Shown: positions 49,547-62,319 of the stretch, in pieces | Layout: the number at the start of each line of letters is the position of its first letter | Numbering within the stretch: position 1 is the stretch's first letter | NCBI RefSeq assembly: GCF_000143415.4 | Contig: NW_003314343.1 | Location: forward strand, 620,813-684,812 | Origin: Selaginella moellendorffii | Lineage: Eukaryota > Plantae > Lycopodiophyta | Direction: 5' to 3' | Length of the DNA stretch: 64,000 nucleotides | Translations under genes and position numbers: made by a program | The notes under the pieces: generated by a model | Database searches by the model: none | Told to the model about the DNA's origin: nothing | What the model saw: only the letters and a program-made list of their open reading frames with translations

Positions 49547-49949
49547 TTGTAAAAGTTTGAGTAAAAACCTTATAATATGTTGCACAATGAATTTTTTTAT
49601 TATATAAGCCTCCTGAAAATAATTATTATAAAGTTTGAAAAGCCTCAGTACCTTCTTAAAACATTAACTCGTCAAGAAATTTTCTTAAAAAGAAAACGTA
49701 TTGGAAAGCCTGTGGCAAAAGCGCCTCCGAACCAAATCAGAGAGCATACTTCTTTTGAGAAAATAATCGTTGTGGACATGAATCAGAGAGGGGTAGCAGA
49801 ACGAGGGCTTGTTTGAAGATCTGCAAAGAAAAAATGAAGCTTATTATAAAGTGAACACGTCATCTTAAGAGGAGACATTGCCAGCCGTGATCTGAAATGC
49901 CTATGTCATAAAAACCTAGAAAAAGGGAAGTGAAAAACCTAAGGGTACA

Positions 49950-50921
49950 ATGGGTGCGAGGAGGAGGACAACGACGACACTGCCGCAGGAGCTTGTGGAG
50001 GAGATATTGCTCAAGCTGCCCTACTCGTCGCTCATCATTGCCAGGTCCGTTTGCAAGGCGTGGAAAGCAGCGGCGGACAGCACCAGCGTCAAGAGCAGGT
50101 ACAGGGACAGTGGTCACTTCTTCGCCGATGCCAATTCCATCACGGACAGCAGCGACAAGCTCATGCGATGGGCGCCGCGCGGTGATAGTCCGGATGTGCT
50201 GTGCGCAATCTCGTCCGCGGACCAGCGTTGCTTGCTGGCTCGCTCTACACAACAGAGGAAGCTCTACCTTGGGAATCCTTTTCTCAACGTGTGGCAAGAG
50301 ATTCCCTACAAGGTTTTCGGCGACTGGTCCAGGGCTTGCATCCTGCGCAACAAGATTGTGGTGTGGTGCGCTGATGGCACGCTTTTCACCTGGACACAAG
50401 GAGACGAGGGTTGGTCCAACATCGAAAGTCCTGTGGCTGAAGAATCCGAATCTGACTCCGAAACTGAATTTGTGTTGAAGCCTGTGGTGAATGGCAACAA
50501 ACTGTTTTGCCTGGATTCCTTGCGCTACCCGAATCTGTTGGAGTTCGACACCACAAGTAATAGCTTCTCGTATACTGAGAATGTCTTGCCCAATGGCGAG
50601 GACAATTACCTCGCCGGCGCTTGGAAGTCCAAGCTCTACGTAGGGATAGTGATTGACAGCGAGCGTAAGGTCCAGATCTTGGAGCTTGAGCGGGAACGTA
50701 GCGTGGTGCTCAGGCTGGTGAGCGAGTATGTGATTGATTTCCAGGCCAATGACGGGGTCTGGTTCATTGGTCAATCTGGGAAATACCTGAATTTTTGCGG
50801 GGAAGATTGCCACTTGAAGAAGACGGAGACGACCTACTTCTCCTACGACATGGATGCCGGGACTTGGGACAAGCAAATGCACCGGGCTGCCTCCGCAGCT
50901 GTCAACATAGTGTTACATTGA
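49950..50921 (+). CDS. F-box protein (intronless) with a diverged beta-propeller-like C-terminus
   Basis: N-terminal LPQELVEEILLKLPYSSLIIARSVCKAW. Confidence 0.9.
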   Translation: MGARRRTTTTLPQELVEEILLKLPYSSLIIARSVCKAWKAAADSTSVKSRYRDSGHFFADANSITDSSDKLMRWAPRGDSPDVLCAISSADQRCLLARSTQQRKLYLGNPFLNVWQEIPYKVFGDWSRACILRNKIVVWCADGTLFTWTQGDEGWSNIESPVAEESESDSETEFVLKPVVNGNKLFCLDSLRYPNLLEFDTTSNSFSYTENVLPNGEDNYLAGAWKSKLYVGIVIDSERKVQILELERERSVVLRLVSEYVIDFQANDGVWFIGQSGKYLNFCGEDCHLKKTETTYFSYDMDAGTWDKQMHRAASAAVNIVLH

Positions 50922-51829
50922 TCTCGTTTGTCAAAACAATTGTACAAAGCCTTGCATTCCTGTACTAAGCCTTCCATTTTCTTGGGGATGATTAATTATT
51001 GCGGTATTTTAAAATCAAATCTCGTCAAATGGCAAAAACAAAATTGATCTAGCAAATATAACTTTTTCTCACTAATTTTTTTTCCTTGCTTTCTATTTTC
51101 TCAAGAACAATCTCAAGCTTGAAATGAGTTATTCAAGAGGATTATAAACACCTAAAAGTCAATCTTGAACCAATATAAAATATTTGTTGCATAGCAAATG
51201 CTTACTTCTATGAAATGTCTAATGTCTCCCAAGATCAGTCTAAAGTGACCCATTTGAGCAAGCTGACCCATTTCTAGCTTGAAAGGCACCTTATAGCACA
51301 AGATGTTAAAGCAGTAATTTTATATATGTTATGAAGTATTTGCAACAGCCAAATCACTAAAGCAAGATCTCCTCCAAAAGCTTGATATATCTAGAGTGGA
51401 AGAAGTTTCTTGTATATCATCATAGGGTGTTTCTTTCTCAATAGCTTGTGTTTATACTCCTCTAACAATATCCACATACAATAAGTAATTTCTTCCAATG
51501 ATCAAAAAAGTGCTATTGAAGCTCACTTGCTACAAGGAGATAATATAGCAGCAAGAATAGATGCAGAACAAGCTTCTAAAGGAGTTGAAAGCAAGTCATT
51601 GGTAATACAAAAGTTATTCTCATTAACATTGCTCTCACAATAATGTCAATAAGTTGCATTTTGAGCTCCATCCTCCACATATACAATGTGTCCAAGAGTG
51701 TGCTTTTTTTGACAATTTCACCATCCTTAAACAAGATGGGTAATTGTTGTAAATATGACTTTGAATATCAAAAGATACTTGTTGGCCAATCCTTATGAAC
51801 ACTTTTTTTTTATTGCTATAATGACAAGA

Positions 51830-54420
51830 GATCAATACTATTGGTTCCCTTCAGTAGCCCCTTTTGTTCAAGTGTTAGTAAACTAAAATGAATATAAAGT
51901 AAGAACTTTTATGTGTTTCTAGCTGAGTATTATCGACCTAGCTTTTAATTCTTTTTTGCTCTGTCTTGCACTAGCTTGGCAAGAACCCTTGCATATTGAG
52001 TCTAATCCCTTAATATCGCTATGTGATAGTTTACTGTGTTTGCCAAACATCATCACTATCATGCCCTTTGTGTTGGTCTCATTATGGTGTTATTGACTAT
52101 ATATAGAAAGTGTCTAAATTTGCTAATTTAGCATATCTACGGAATGTAGAGATTATTCTGAACACAATGGTGTTGATCCCATGTCCAAATTCACAATCTA
52201 ATACCATTCCATATTTAATAAGTTTTGTGATTGATCTAGAGACTTAACTTCTAGTACTAAGGGTGGCTAAGGGTGAAAGCCCAAAGCATGTGTTCCTCAA
52301 GGGGGGGAGGGGGGTTGTGGGGGGTTCCAAATATCTAATAGAGATAGTGGTTGGAATGCATATTTGACCACTTGAGACATTAATTTAGTTCTTGCTAGGC
52401 TATGTCGCTCCTTATTTAGTATTTGGTTTATATTTAAGCCCAAGCTCCACGCTTCTCTAGTTGGTGGAGTACCCTTCTCCTCGCGTCAGGCCATTGATAT
52501 GCCAAAAACATGCCAGACACCACCTACATGCTAATGATGCTGAAACATCTAAGCAGGCAAATTGAGAAGGGGAAACTCTTGCTAAAGATGCTGCAAAAGA
52601 GGTTAAGGTTGACTTAAAAGAGGAAGAGCCTGATGCTGCAGCACTGCAGCATATGGTTTAAAACATTGAGATTGAGAATTTGCAAAGGGAAGTTTACAAA
52701 TTGAAGAAGGAGAACAAGAAGAAGAAAGTTGAAGTAGCTAAACAAGCTAAACTTAAGCAACTGAACTGCCTTTGAAATTAGGTGGTTTCGGAGGCTTAAA
52801 TTTTAAAACTCATGCAACTAGGGGTGGTTGCAAAACTTCATTGTCCTCAAAACTTGAAAAAGATGGAGGACTATTAGGTTTTGGAAGATTGGGTTTACAA
52901 TATGGAAAACTATTTCATAATAGTAGATGTGGATGATCGTACTAAAGTTGTGTGTGCACAATCTTTTCACACCAATTATGCCAAAACTTTGTGGCACCAA
53001 ATGTGTGCTAAAACATGGCAAACTAGAAGTAGTGAAGGCAATCTTACTCTATGTGAAGTTGTCAAAGCAAAACCCTGAAGTGAAACAGTGAAAATTGCTA
53101 GTCATACCAATACAAAGCTTCACTTCTTAGTTTGGGATGGGCTTATTTTTTATAAACAAAAAAGATTGTATCTTCCCTCCAAGGATCTACAACAACTATT
53201 TTTGTGAGAACATCATGATGTTCTAGTAGCGGGACATGGTGGAAAATGAAAGACTCTTGCTTAATTGAAAAAAGGATTTTTTTGGTCTGGTATAGAAGGT
53301 GATGTAGTGGATTATGTCTATTCTTGCCCTATATATTAGCAATGTAAGTGCAGAACTAAGAAGTAGGTTATGAAGTTGTAATGCATTTCAATACCAATAT
53401 AGTCATTTCAAGGTGTGACACTTGACTTTATCACTTGCTTGCTGAAATCTAAGGGTTATGATACTTTGATGGTGGTTATGGATTGATTGTTGAAGATTGC
53501 ACACTTCATTCCAATTATAGAAACATTGAATGTAGAGCAAATAGCAAAGTTCCTTTTCCATGATGTAGTGCGGGTTCGTGGTCTTCTTGAAGAGATGATC
53601 TCGAATAGAGATTCAAGATTTACGAGGAAATTTTAGGGCACATTATTCCAGTTATTTAGTACTAAGTTGAAATTTAGTACAATTTATCATCCTCAAACTG
53701 ATTGGTAGACCAAACATGTGAATGCTCAAGTTGAGGATTATTTGCAGTATTATGTTGTAGCGGACCAACACAACTAGGTTAAGCATTTAGATACAGCAGA
53801 AATCTATTATAACAACACATTTCACAATGCTATTGGTTGTTCTCTATGGGAGATGTTGTAAGGGAATACTCATGGGGTTTCTCAATAGATTATTGTACCA
53901 AAACCAATATATGAAGTGTTGGTTTTGGCTATTGAGATTTATGTGAAGTAGCTACGCCAAAGTTGGTCTAGAGCTATTAAGGCGATGGGCAAAGCTTATG
54001 ATAGGTATTGACGTGATAAGGATCAACATCATTAGGATGTATCCTATCAAGTAAGAGATCAAGTATGGTTATCTTCTTGGAACTTGAATATTAAAGGATC
54101 TTTATCTTGGAAACTATTACCAAGATATGTCAGGCTCTATTGGGTATTGAAGCAAGTTGGTGATGTATCCTATAAGTTGGATCTTCTTGATGAGTTATCC
54201 CATGTATATGATGTGTTTCATATCATTTTACTAGCATTATATCATATTGCTATGGAACGCTCTACAAACATTTGTCCTCCACTAACAGTCATTGATGGTG
54301 AACCTAGTGCTATATATACCAAACTCAAGAAGATTTCCTTGACAAACACATCATGGTGGTCATGGGAGCATCAACCATTTAATCTCTTAGGGAAGTTTAC
54401 ATTGGTTTGGGAGCATTAAG
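51830..54420 (+). mobile_element. Old, degenerate Ty3/gypsy remnant (leader, gag and integrase traces)
   Basis: LEDWVYNMENYF gag-like piece; integrase remnants (HD...GHGG, LDFIT.L..SKGYD, YHPQT) with many stops. Confidence 0.75.
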
Positions 54421-54769
54421 CATTTGAAGTTACTTGGATTGGGAGCATCATTTTGATGAGGACTTATATTGAGCATCAACTATTCAGAGTTACTTGGATT
54501 GGGAGCATTATTTTGATGAGGACCTATATTTGGATTGGGAGCATCATTCTAATAAGGATCTATATTGAGCATCAACCATTTGGAGCTATTCTATTAAGGA
54601 CTTATATTTTGATTGGGAACATCATTCTAGTTTTGAGGAAACTAAGACATTGATCTTGTGTTCGCACAATAATTCTCACCTTGGAATAAACTATTAGACA
54701 CACGAGTTAATTAGAAATTAATCTAAGACCTTTGATCCTCAAGAAGGCTTTGTAAGAAACTAAAGAGAA

Positions 54770-55370
54770 CGACTTGAGAGACAATCCATGGGGTTCAAAT
54801 ATAAAGGGAAAAGGCCCATGAACAAGAGTGCACCCCTTTTTCCAATCGGTTAAGGGTTTTGGAATACTTGAGGTAAGTTTGAATAGTATTGGGCTGGATG
54901 ACCACCTGTCCAAATTCAGGAGCTTACATTTAGTATTAGAGGGGTCTCGAATTCAACTATATTGGTTGGCTAAGGGAATCACACCACATGTTGATTGACA
55001 TCTAGTTGGTCCAATTTTCTTCCACTGGGCTTGACCCGAGGGGTAGCGTGTCAAGAGAGCGAGGCTCTCAAGAGAGCTTTGACCCGAGGGGTAGCGTGTC
55101 AAAAGAGTGGGGCTCTTAGGAGAGCTGTAGCTCTCAGCTTCCAATCATGAGGGTGTGAACTTGTAAGGAAGCATGGTGGATTATAAGCACCAAAGAGAAC
55201 TTGAAAAACAATCCATAAGGTTCAAATATAAAGGGAAAGGGTCCATGAACAAAAGTGCACCCTCTTTTCCAATTGGTTAAGGATCTTGGGATACTTGGGG
55301 TTAAGTGTCATTGGGTTTAAATAATATTGGGCTGGGTGACCTCCTGGGAAGTCTAAATTTAGGAGCTCAC
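54770..55370. repeat. Degenerate LTR-like direct repeats (54770-54930 / 55195-55370), related to 14870-15170
   Basis: acaatccat..ggttcaaatataaagggaa...ccatgaacaa.agtgcaccc present twice; ttgacccgaggg motif shared with ~14900. Confidence 0.6.
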
Positions 55371-56809
55371 AGGCTTATACGAGTGGTCGTAAATAAGGAT
55401 AAGCTTGACATCACTAAAATACTCTAAATCTTGAATAAATGGATGTGCATTGGTGATAGGCTGGAATATAATAGAGATAGGGATAGGGGTCGAATGCTAA
55501 CTCTCCCCCTTAACTACTACTACATGGTGGCAACCACCACTTCTTCCTGAGTCCTAATTGTCAAAATCATAACCTTGAGTGTCAAGGTTGTAATCTTGAC
55601 TGTCAAAAAAAAATGCTCGAATGCATAGTTAATATGTCGCACTTCACTCTTCCATGACTGAGTGGAGCTTCATCTCGAGGCTCCTACTACTCCATTGTGT
55701 CAGTTGGCTTTGTTAGTGTTGAATTTCTTGTGTGTTTGACCTTGAACTTGTTGAGTTTCTGGTGGAACTCTTCATCATTTTCATTCTCCTCATTGTGCTT
55801 GCTTTCATTTTTGTCTTCCATCATTGCAGGTTGCTTCAACTTCAGAATGCAAATCTCACTGCGAAGCTCTATGTTTTCTTTAGTGAGCTAGTCATTGATG
55901 TGCTGTATCTCTGCACATACTGTCACCTAGAAGGATACACCTCAAACACTCCTTTTGAGCTGCTGAATGTCACTTTGGATCTTGTTGAGCTTTGTGTCCA
56001 GGGGCTGGAAGACAACGGCATTGATCATGGCCTGCACTCCATCTCTGAGAAAGATGCTCATCTATTTGTCATGGAACTGCCATGCAAAGTCCGTTGGGAT
56101 TGGCATCTGTGGCGTCAGCTGGAGGCATTGAACTTCATCAACAAACTAGAGGAATGCCAAGTTGAGCAGCTTGTGTGGCAGCTCTAGTTTGTGCCATTGC
56201 TCCTGCTCTGGCTCCCTACATCGTTCCTAGTCTGGATGCTCCCTGTTGTGGTGCTTATGGTGCTGAGTCATGGTGCTGTCGTCAACTAGCACTTCTGTAG
56301 GTGGGGATGCTGGCCCTTCTTTCTTGGTGTGAACTACTACACCATTGGTTGGGGTGGTTATAGAATCAAGATTGATTTCTTGATTTTGTTCCTGACTCTT
56401 TTCCTTTGGTTCTTCCTTGGAGATGATACTTTTGATTTGGCTTCTGGTCATCCTATTCTTTGGGGGCAAACCTATTGTCATCTTGGTCCTTTTTCTGGTG
56501 GAGTCGTTGTTGGTGGCGAAAGCTCTTTCTATCCTTTTATTCTTCCTCCTCTTTATCTTCTTTGTTAGATATGTGGAGTGGATCCTCTTTTCTCTTCAAA
56601 GAGCATTCCCACTTTCTTCTAGGCTATAATGTTGTTGGAGGTACTTTCACATTGAGTGGAAATGCTGAGTTGAGAGCTGGCACAAGTGTAGTGATGTAAG
56701 GGAATGTAAGTGTTTCACATTTCTGGCCGTTGTGGATCAGTTTTGTTGCCAAGTGGATTTCCTTGATGAGTTTTTAGTGGAGATAGCTTATGATGTCCAC
56801 TCTAATTCT

Positions 56810-57110
56810 CAAAATGCTTCCAGCTTTTCGAGAAGAAATGGTGTGTGCCCAAGAACATGAATATATCTTCACCACGGGCTACATTGCATGGGTATTCGAG
56901 CTTCCAATCAGCAAAAAGCAAGTCACATTCTGTATTGCAAACAAAAGGGATGCCACCGGGATGCATCAAGATCATCGAGAATTACAACTCCAAAAGCTCG
57001 CTTCAAATGAATAATGTCACTGATGAGGTGAAGCCAAAGCTTTAGTTTCTCATCTCAACTCTCGAGATGCACAAGTCAAGTAGCTCTGCCAACAAAGCCA
57101 CTGCAATCCT
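56810..57110 (+). repeat. ~300-bp inverted repeat partner of 62776-63066
   Basis: ORFs 56845-57045(+) and 62658-63032(-) translate almost identically (MPKN.NISSPRATLHGYSSFQ...). Confidence 0.9.
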
Positions 57111-57641
57111 TTAGTGGAGGTAGCTTGTGATTGTCAGGAATCCCCCAATTCTTGCCACATTCCTGACTCTCGCCGGATTCCTGACCTGCAGACCACATTC
57201 CTGATTCTCGAGACACTTCCCTATTCCTGACTCTCGAGACACTTCCCTATTCCTGACTCTCGAGACACTTCCCTATTCCTGACTCTCAAGACACTTCCCG
57301 ATTTCTGAGTCTCGAGCCACATTCCTGATATTGATGTGGCGCCTCCTCGACCTCAGCTATATTTAGGCCGTCCTCGATCCAAGAGTGGTGGAGCTTCATC
57401 AACCTATAGTATATATAGGTTAGCCTTGTTCCATTTCTCCACAATCTGAATCAACACCAGTCTAAGGCCTCTTCTTTGTTTTCACTAGCTTTTTCTCTTT
57501 GTCTTAGCATTTTCCAGTCTTTGATTTTGTTGGGGGTCTTGACAGTTTGATTCAGATTATGGTTTTTGCTTTTCTTTTAGCTCGTTTTGATTATTTGATT
57601 GCCTTTGTCTTTTTCCCCCTTTCTTTTCTTTCTTCTTGCCA

Positions 57642-58613
57642 ATGGAGTCTCCAAGCCATCCTGATTTCTTTGCCGAAGTCCTTGCAAAAATCCAGTCTGA
57701 GAATACCGAGCTGAAGGTGACCCTTCTTCACATGCAGCAGGAGCTTGCTTCACTTTCGGCTCAAGGATCCAGCAAAGTTCCTGAACCGAAGGTGAGTTTC
57801 CCGGCGAAATTTTCAGGCAAACGTTCGGAGCTTCATGGATTTTTGAACCAAATGGAGCTGATCTTTGCACTTCAACATCGGCGGTACCCCACTCCCGAGT
57901 CTCAAATCGGCGCGATTGGGACGTTGCTCGAGGGTGCAGCTTTGTCATGGTTTTCTCCTCTTCTGGAGAAGAGCATGAAAGGGGTTGTGGTTCTGGAGCT
58001 GATGGATCTTCAATTGTTCAAAGAGAAGCTCGAAGCATGTTTTGGCGAGACAGATCGGGTTCGGGCTGCTACCACAAAGATGAGACGTCTCTCTTAGGGG
58101 TCTCGTCCTGCCTCGATCTACGCTGCAGAGTTCCAACTCCTTGCTTTGGACACTCAGTGGGATGAGCGGGCCCTGATTGACCAATTTCGTTTCGGCCTCA
58201 ACAACGGTGTCAAGGATTTATTGCTCACCATGGAGGATCCCAAGGACCTGTCGGACGCCATCAACAAAGCTGTTCGATGTGACAATCGTCTCTTTGAACG
58301 TCGTCAGGAAAGTCGCCGCGCTGCTGTTTTTCCGTCCCAAACTCAGGAATCCCAGCTTGAGTCTTCGGGGCATAGTCCTGAACCTACTGCTCCGGTCCCG
58401 ATGGATATTTCTGGTACTGCCCAACTCATTAGAGGGAAGTTGAGTCCTGCTGAGAAGCAACGTCGAATATCTCATAATCTTTACCTCTACTGTGCTGATC
58501 CTAATCACAAAGCAGCTGTGTGTCCCAAGAAGCCTCCCTGATTGCTCGAGTTCACTCTGCCTCAAAGTCCACCTCTGTTGCAGTCGGGAAACGACCCTGT
58601 CCAAACAGAGTAG
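57642..58613 (+). pseudogene. gag: Gag with two in-frame stops
   Basis: PAKFSGKRSELHGFL..., PMDI, knuckle [14 protein letters not shown]; TAG at ~58096 and TGA at ~58539. Confidence 0.85.
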
Positions 58614-61600
58614 GAGCTGTCTGTTTGGACTCCCTGAATAAAAATCACTTTTCTTCCTTATCAAGCTCCTCACCACCTTTCATCAAAGCCACCACCAATT
58701 CCCGCAACTTCCGCGTCCCATGTCTCCTTTCTTTCACCAGACAATCAAGACTCAAGGCTTTGGCGCTACTGGACTCGGGTGCAACTTCCTGCTTCATGGA
58801 CACGGACTTTGCTGCCCGACATCACGTTCCTCTTTCTCCTACCATACAGGATATGAGGGTTGAAGGCATCGGCGGGCATTTTGTGTCTCCATCTTCTGGA
58901 CTTAGAGAAACGTTGCCCGTTCGAGTACACATTGGGTCCACCGTCACTGATATCGCCTTCAACATCATCAACAGCAAGTCCTCCTCTGTGGTGCTCGGTC
59001 TTCCTTGGTTCCAACTACATCAGCCTCAGATTTGTTGGAAGGACTTACAGCTCATCTCTCCCACATCACCATCTCCCACGGCTTCCCCTGCTGTTCATCG
59101 AGTCCGAATCAGGAAAAGTTCCCTAAACTCACATCGGGGTTCTGTTCCTGACTCTACGAAGTTTTCACCCTCTTCTTTTTCCTCTCTTCCATCTTACACT
59201 GGACAGTATCCTCGTCTCATCATTCCATTTAGTCGTACACCTCCTCCTATCTCCATAATCACTATGCAAGAACTCCTTCATGAAGAACCTATTTTCCTTT
59301 TTGCTTTGCATGTTTTTCCTGTCAGTCTTCCTGAGAAGTATCATGATTTTGGGGATGTGTTTGACAAGAAAAAAGCTAGCGTACTGCCTGCTCATTGGCC
59401 TTATGACTGTCCCATTGATTTACAGGAAGGAGCGTCGCCTCCGTGGGGGCCTATCTACGGGTTATCCCCATCCGAGCTTAAGGCCCTCAAAGAGTACGTG
59501 GATGAGAACCTTGCCTCAGGGTTCATTCAGCATTCGCAGTCCCTGGCTGGAGCGCCTGTCTTCTTTGTCAAGAAGAAGGATGGGAGTTTGCGGCTAGTCA
59601 TCGATTACCGAGGTTTGAACAAGGTGACTGTTCGGAACCGTTATCCGCTGCCCCTGATCTCGGACCTGTTGGAACGCCTCGGCGGTGCCCGCTTCTTCAC
59701 CAAGATTGACCTCCGTGGCGCATACAACCTGATCCGGATCTGGCTTGGTGATGAATGGAAGACTGCGTTCCGAACCCGTTATGGCCACTTCGAGTACACT
59801 GTCATGCCATTTGGCTTGACAAATGCTCCAGTAGTTTTCCAACACATGGCGAACGACGTCTTTCGGGAGTTTCTTGATCAGATGGTGATCGTCTACCTCG
59901 ATGACATCCTCATCTACTCAAGAACTCAGGAGGAGCACGACGAACATGTACGAAGCTTGAGAAATGTTCCTTCGATCAGCAGTCTGTGGAGTTCCTTGGG
60001 TACATTGTCACTCCTGAGGGTATCACGATGGATCCTGCCAAAGTCAAGACTATTCTCGAGTGGGAGCCTCCACAATCAATGTCGGACGTTCAGGTTTTCC
60101 TTGGCTTCGCCAACTTCTACCGCAAATTCATTGATCACTACTCTGACATTGTTCTTCCTCTCACGCATCTCACTCGCAAGGATGTTCCCTTCTCTTGGTC
60201 TACTGTTGTCCAGCACGCCTTCGACACTCTCAAGGCATCCTTCAGTTCTGCTCCCGTTTTGATCCATGCTGATTCCTCACAACCTTTCTTCATCGAGGCT
60301 GACGCCTCCGACTTTGCCATCGGTGCTGTGCTGTCTCAATTCGGAGCGGATCAAGAACTTCATCCGGTCGCTTTCCATTCTCGGAAATTCCAGCCTGCGG
60401 AGATCAATTACGAAATCCACGACAAGGAGCTCCTTGCCATCGTGGATTCCTTTGGAGAGTGGCGCCGTTTCTTGGAGGGGGCGGGCCATCAAACAACAGT
60501 CTGGATGGATCACAAAAATCTCGAGTACTTTGCCACTTCTCGAGTTTTAAGCCATCGTCAAGCAAGGTGGGCACAATTCCTGAGTCAGTTTGACTTTGTT
60601 ATCAAGTACAGACCTGGAAAGCTTCAAGGCCTTCCTGATGCTCTTTCAAGGCGCTCCTATCTCAGTCTCAGGCCTGGTAATCCTGCCTTCGATCAACAGG
60701 ATCAAATTATCCTCGGTCCTGATCGGCTTCAAGTTATGGCAATTTCCCTGGCCCCTCAGGACTCCTCCTTGATGGATGCCATCAGAAACGATCTTCAATC
60801 CGATGATCTCGCCAGCAACATTTTCCCCCATCTTCAGGCTGGACACCCTGTGACTCCCGACTGCCGGCGATTTGATGAGTTCGAGTTCTTAGATGGCTTA
60901 TTATACCGTGGGGAGCAGCTTTACGTTCCTGAAGGTGATGCTCGAAGGTTGGTCCTAATGGCGTGCCACGATAGCCCGACTGCTGGTCACTTTAGCATTG
61001 CAAAAACCTATGAGCTAGTTGCATGGGAATTTTGGTGGCCTCACATGGACGACTACATCAAAGCTTTTGTTACCTCCTGTGACACTTACGCCCGGAATAA
61101 GGTACCTCGCCACCTTCCTTCAGGTTTGCTTCGTTCCCTTCCGGTCCCTTCAGGTCCTTGGGAATCCATCTCCATGGATTTCTTGAGTGATCTTCCGAGT
61201 TCTGGAGGCTTCAACAGCATTTTAGTTGTGGTGGATCGCTTCACAAAGATGGCGCACTTCTTGCCATGTACCAAGGAGTTTTCGGGCGAGGACATGGCAA
61301 AACTGGTATTCAGGGAAATTTTCCGACTTCATGGGATTCCTACAGATGTGGTTTCGGATCGGGGGCCTCAATTCATCTCTCATTTCTGGCAACGGTTTTT
61401 GCAGCTACTTGGAGTGAAGGCCAACCTCTCTTCGGCGTATCATCCTCAAACTGATGGGCAGTCCGAGTGAACGATTCAGACGTTAGAACAATTCTTGAGG
61501 TGCTTCATCAACTATCATTAGGATAACTGGTTCGATATCCTTCCCCTTGCTGAGTTCTCCTATAACAACTCTATTCACTCCTCTCTTCGAATTTCCCCCT

Positions 61601-62319
61601 TCTTTGCAAACTCTGGCCGAAATCCCCAATTCAATCTCTCACTTCCTTTTCCATCCGAATCCTCTCATTCAAATCCCCGCTCTGAGGCATTTGTCTCCAA
61701 CCTCCAAGAAATCCACAACTCCATCTCCTTCCACCTCCATCGTGCTCAGGAATCTCACAAAACATTTGCCAATGTCCATCGTCAGGATTGTCCCCCTTAC
61801 AATATCGGGGATAAAGTTTGGCTCCTCAGGCGAAATATCTCCACCACCAGGCCCTGTCCAAAACTTGATTTCAAACGCCTCGGTCCTTTCCCTATCATTG
61901 CCATCATTAATCCTGTCACTTATCGCCTTGCACTTCCCTCCTCATATCAAATTCACCCCGTTTTTCATTCCTCTCTCCTTGAGCCTTATATTCCCAGTCC
62001 TATTCCCAATTGGGTCATTCCTCCACCTCCACCAGTGCATCTCGAGGATGGGTCTAAGTACGAGGTTCAGGACATCCTTGATTCCAAGATTTCACGGTCT
62101 AAACTCTACTATCTGGTCGACTGGAAGGGTTACGGGCCTAAAGAACGCACTTGGGAACCTGCGGACAACCTGATTCATTCTCCTGACCTTGTTTAGGACT
62201 TCCACCGCCGCTATCCTAGTCGTCCCAGTCCTCATTCTTTTTCTCCATCTCCCATCCCTCGCCGCTCATCTCATCCTCCTCGTTGTTCTCATTCACATTC
62301 TCGTTCCACTCGTTCTTGA
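58586..62319 (+). pseudogene. pol: Pol (PR-RT-RH-INT-chromodomain), frameshifting deletion near 59950 and stops near 61468, 61519 and 62194
   Basis: ORFs 58520-60262 and 59986-61470 and their downstream continuation. Confidence 0.9.
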
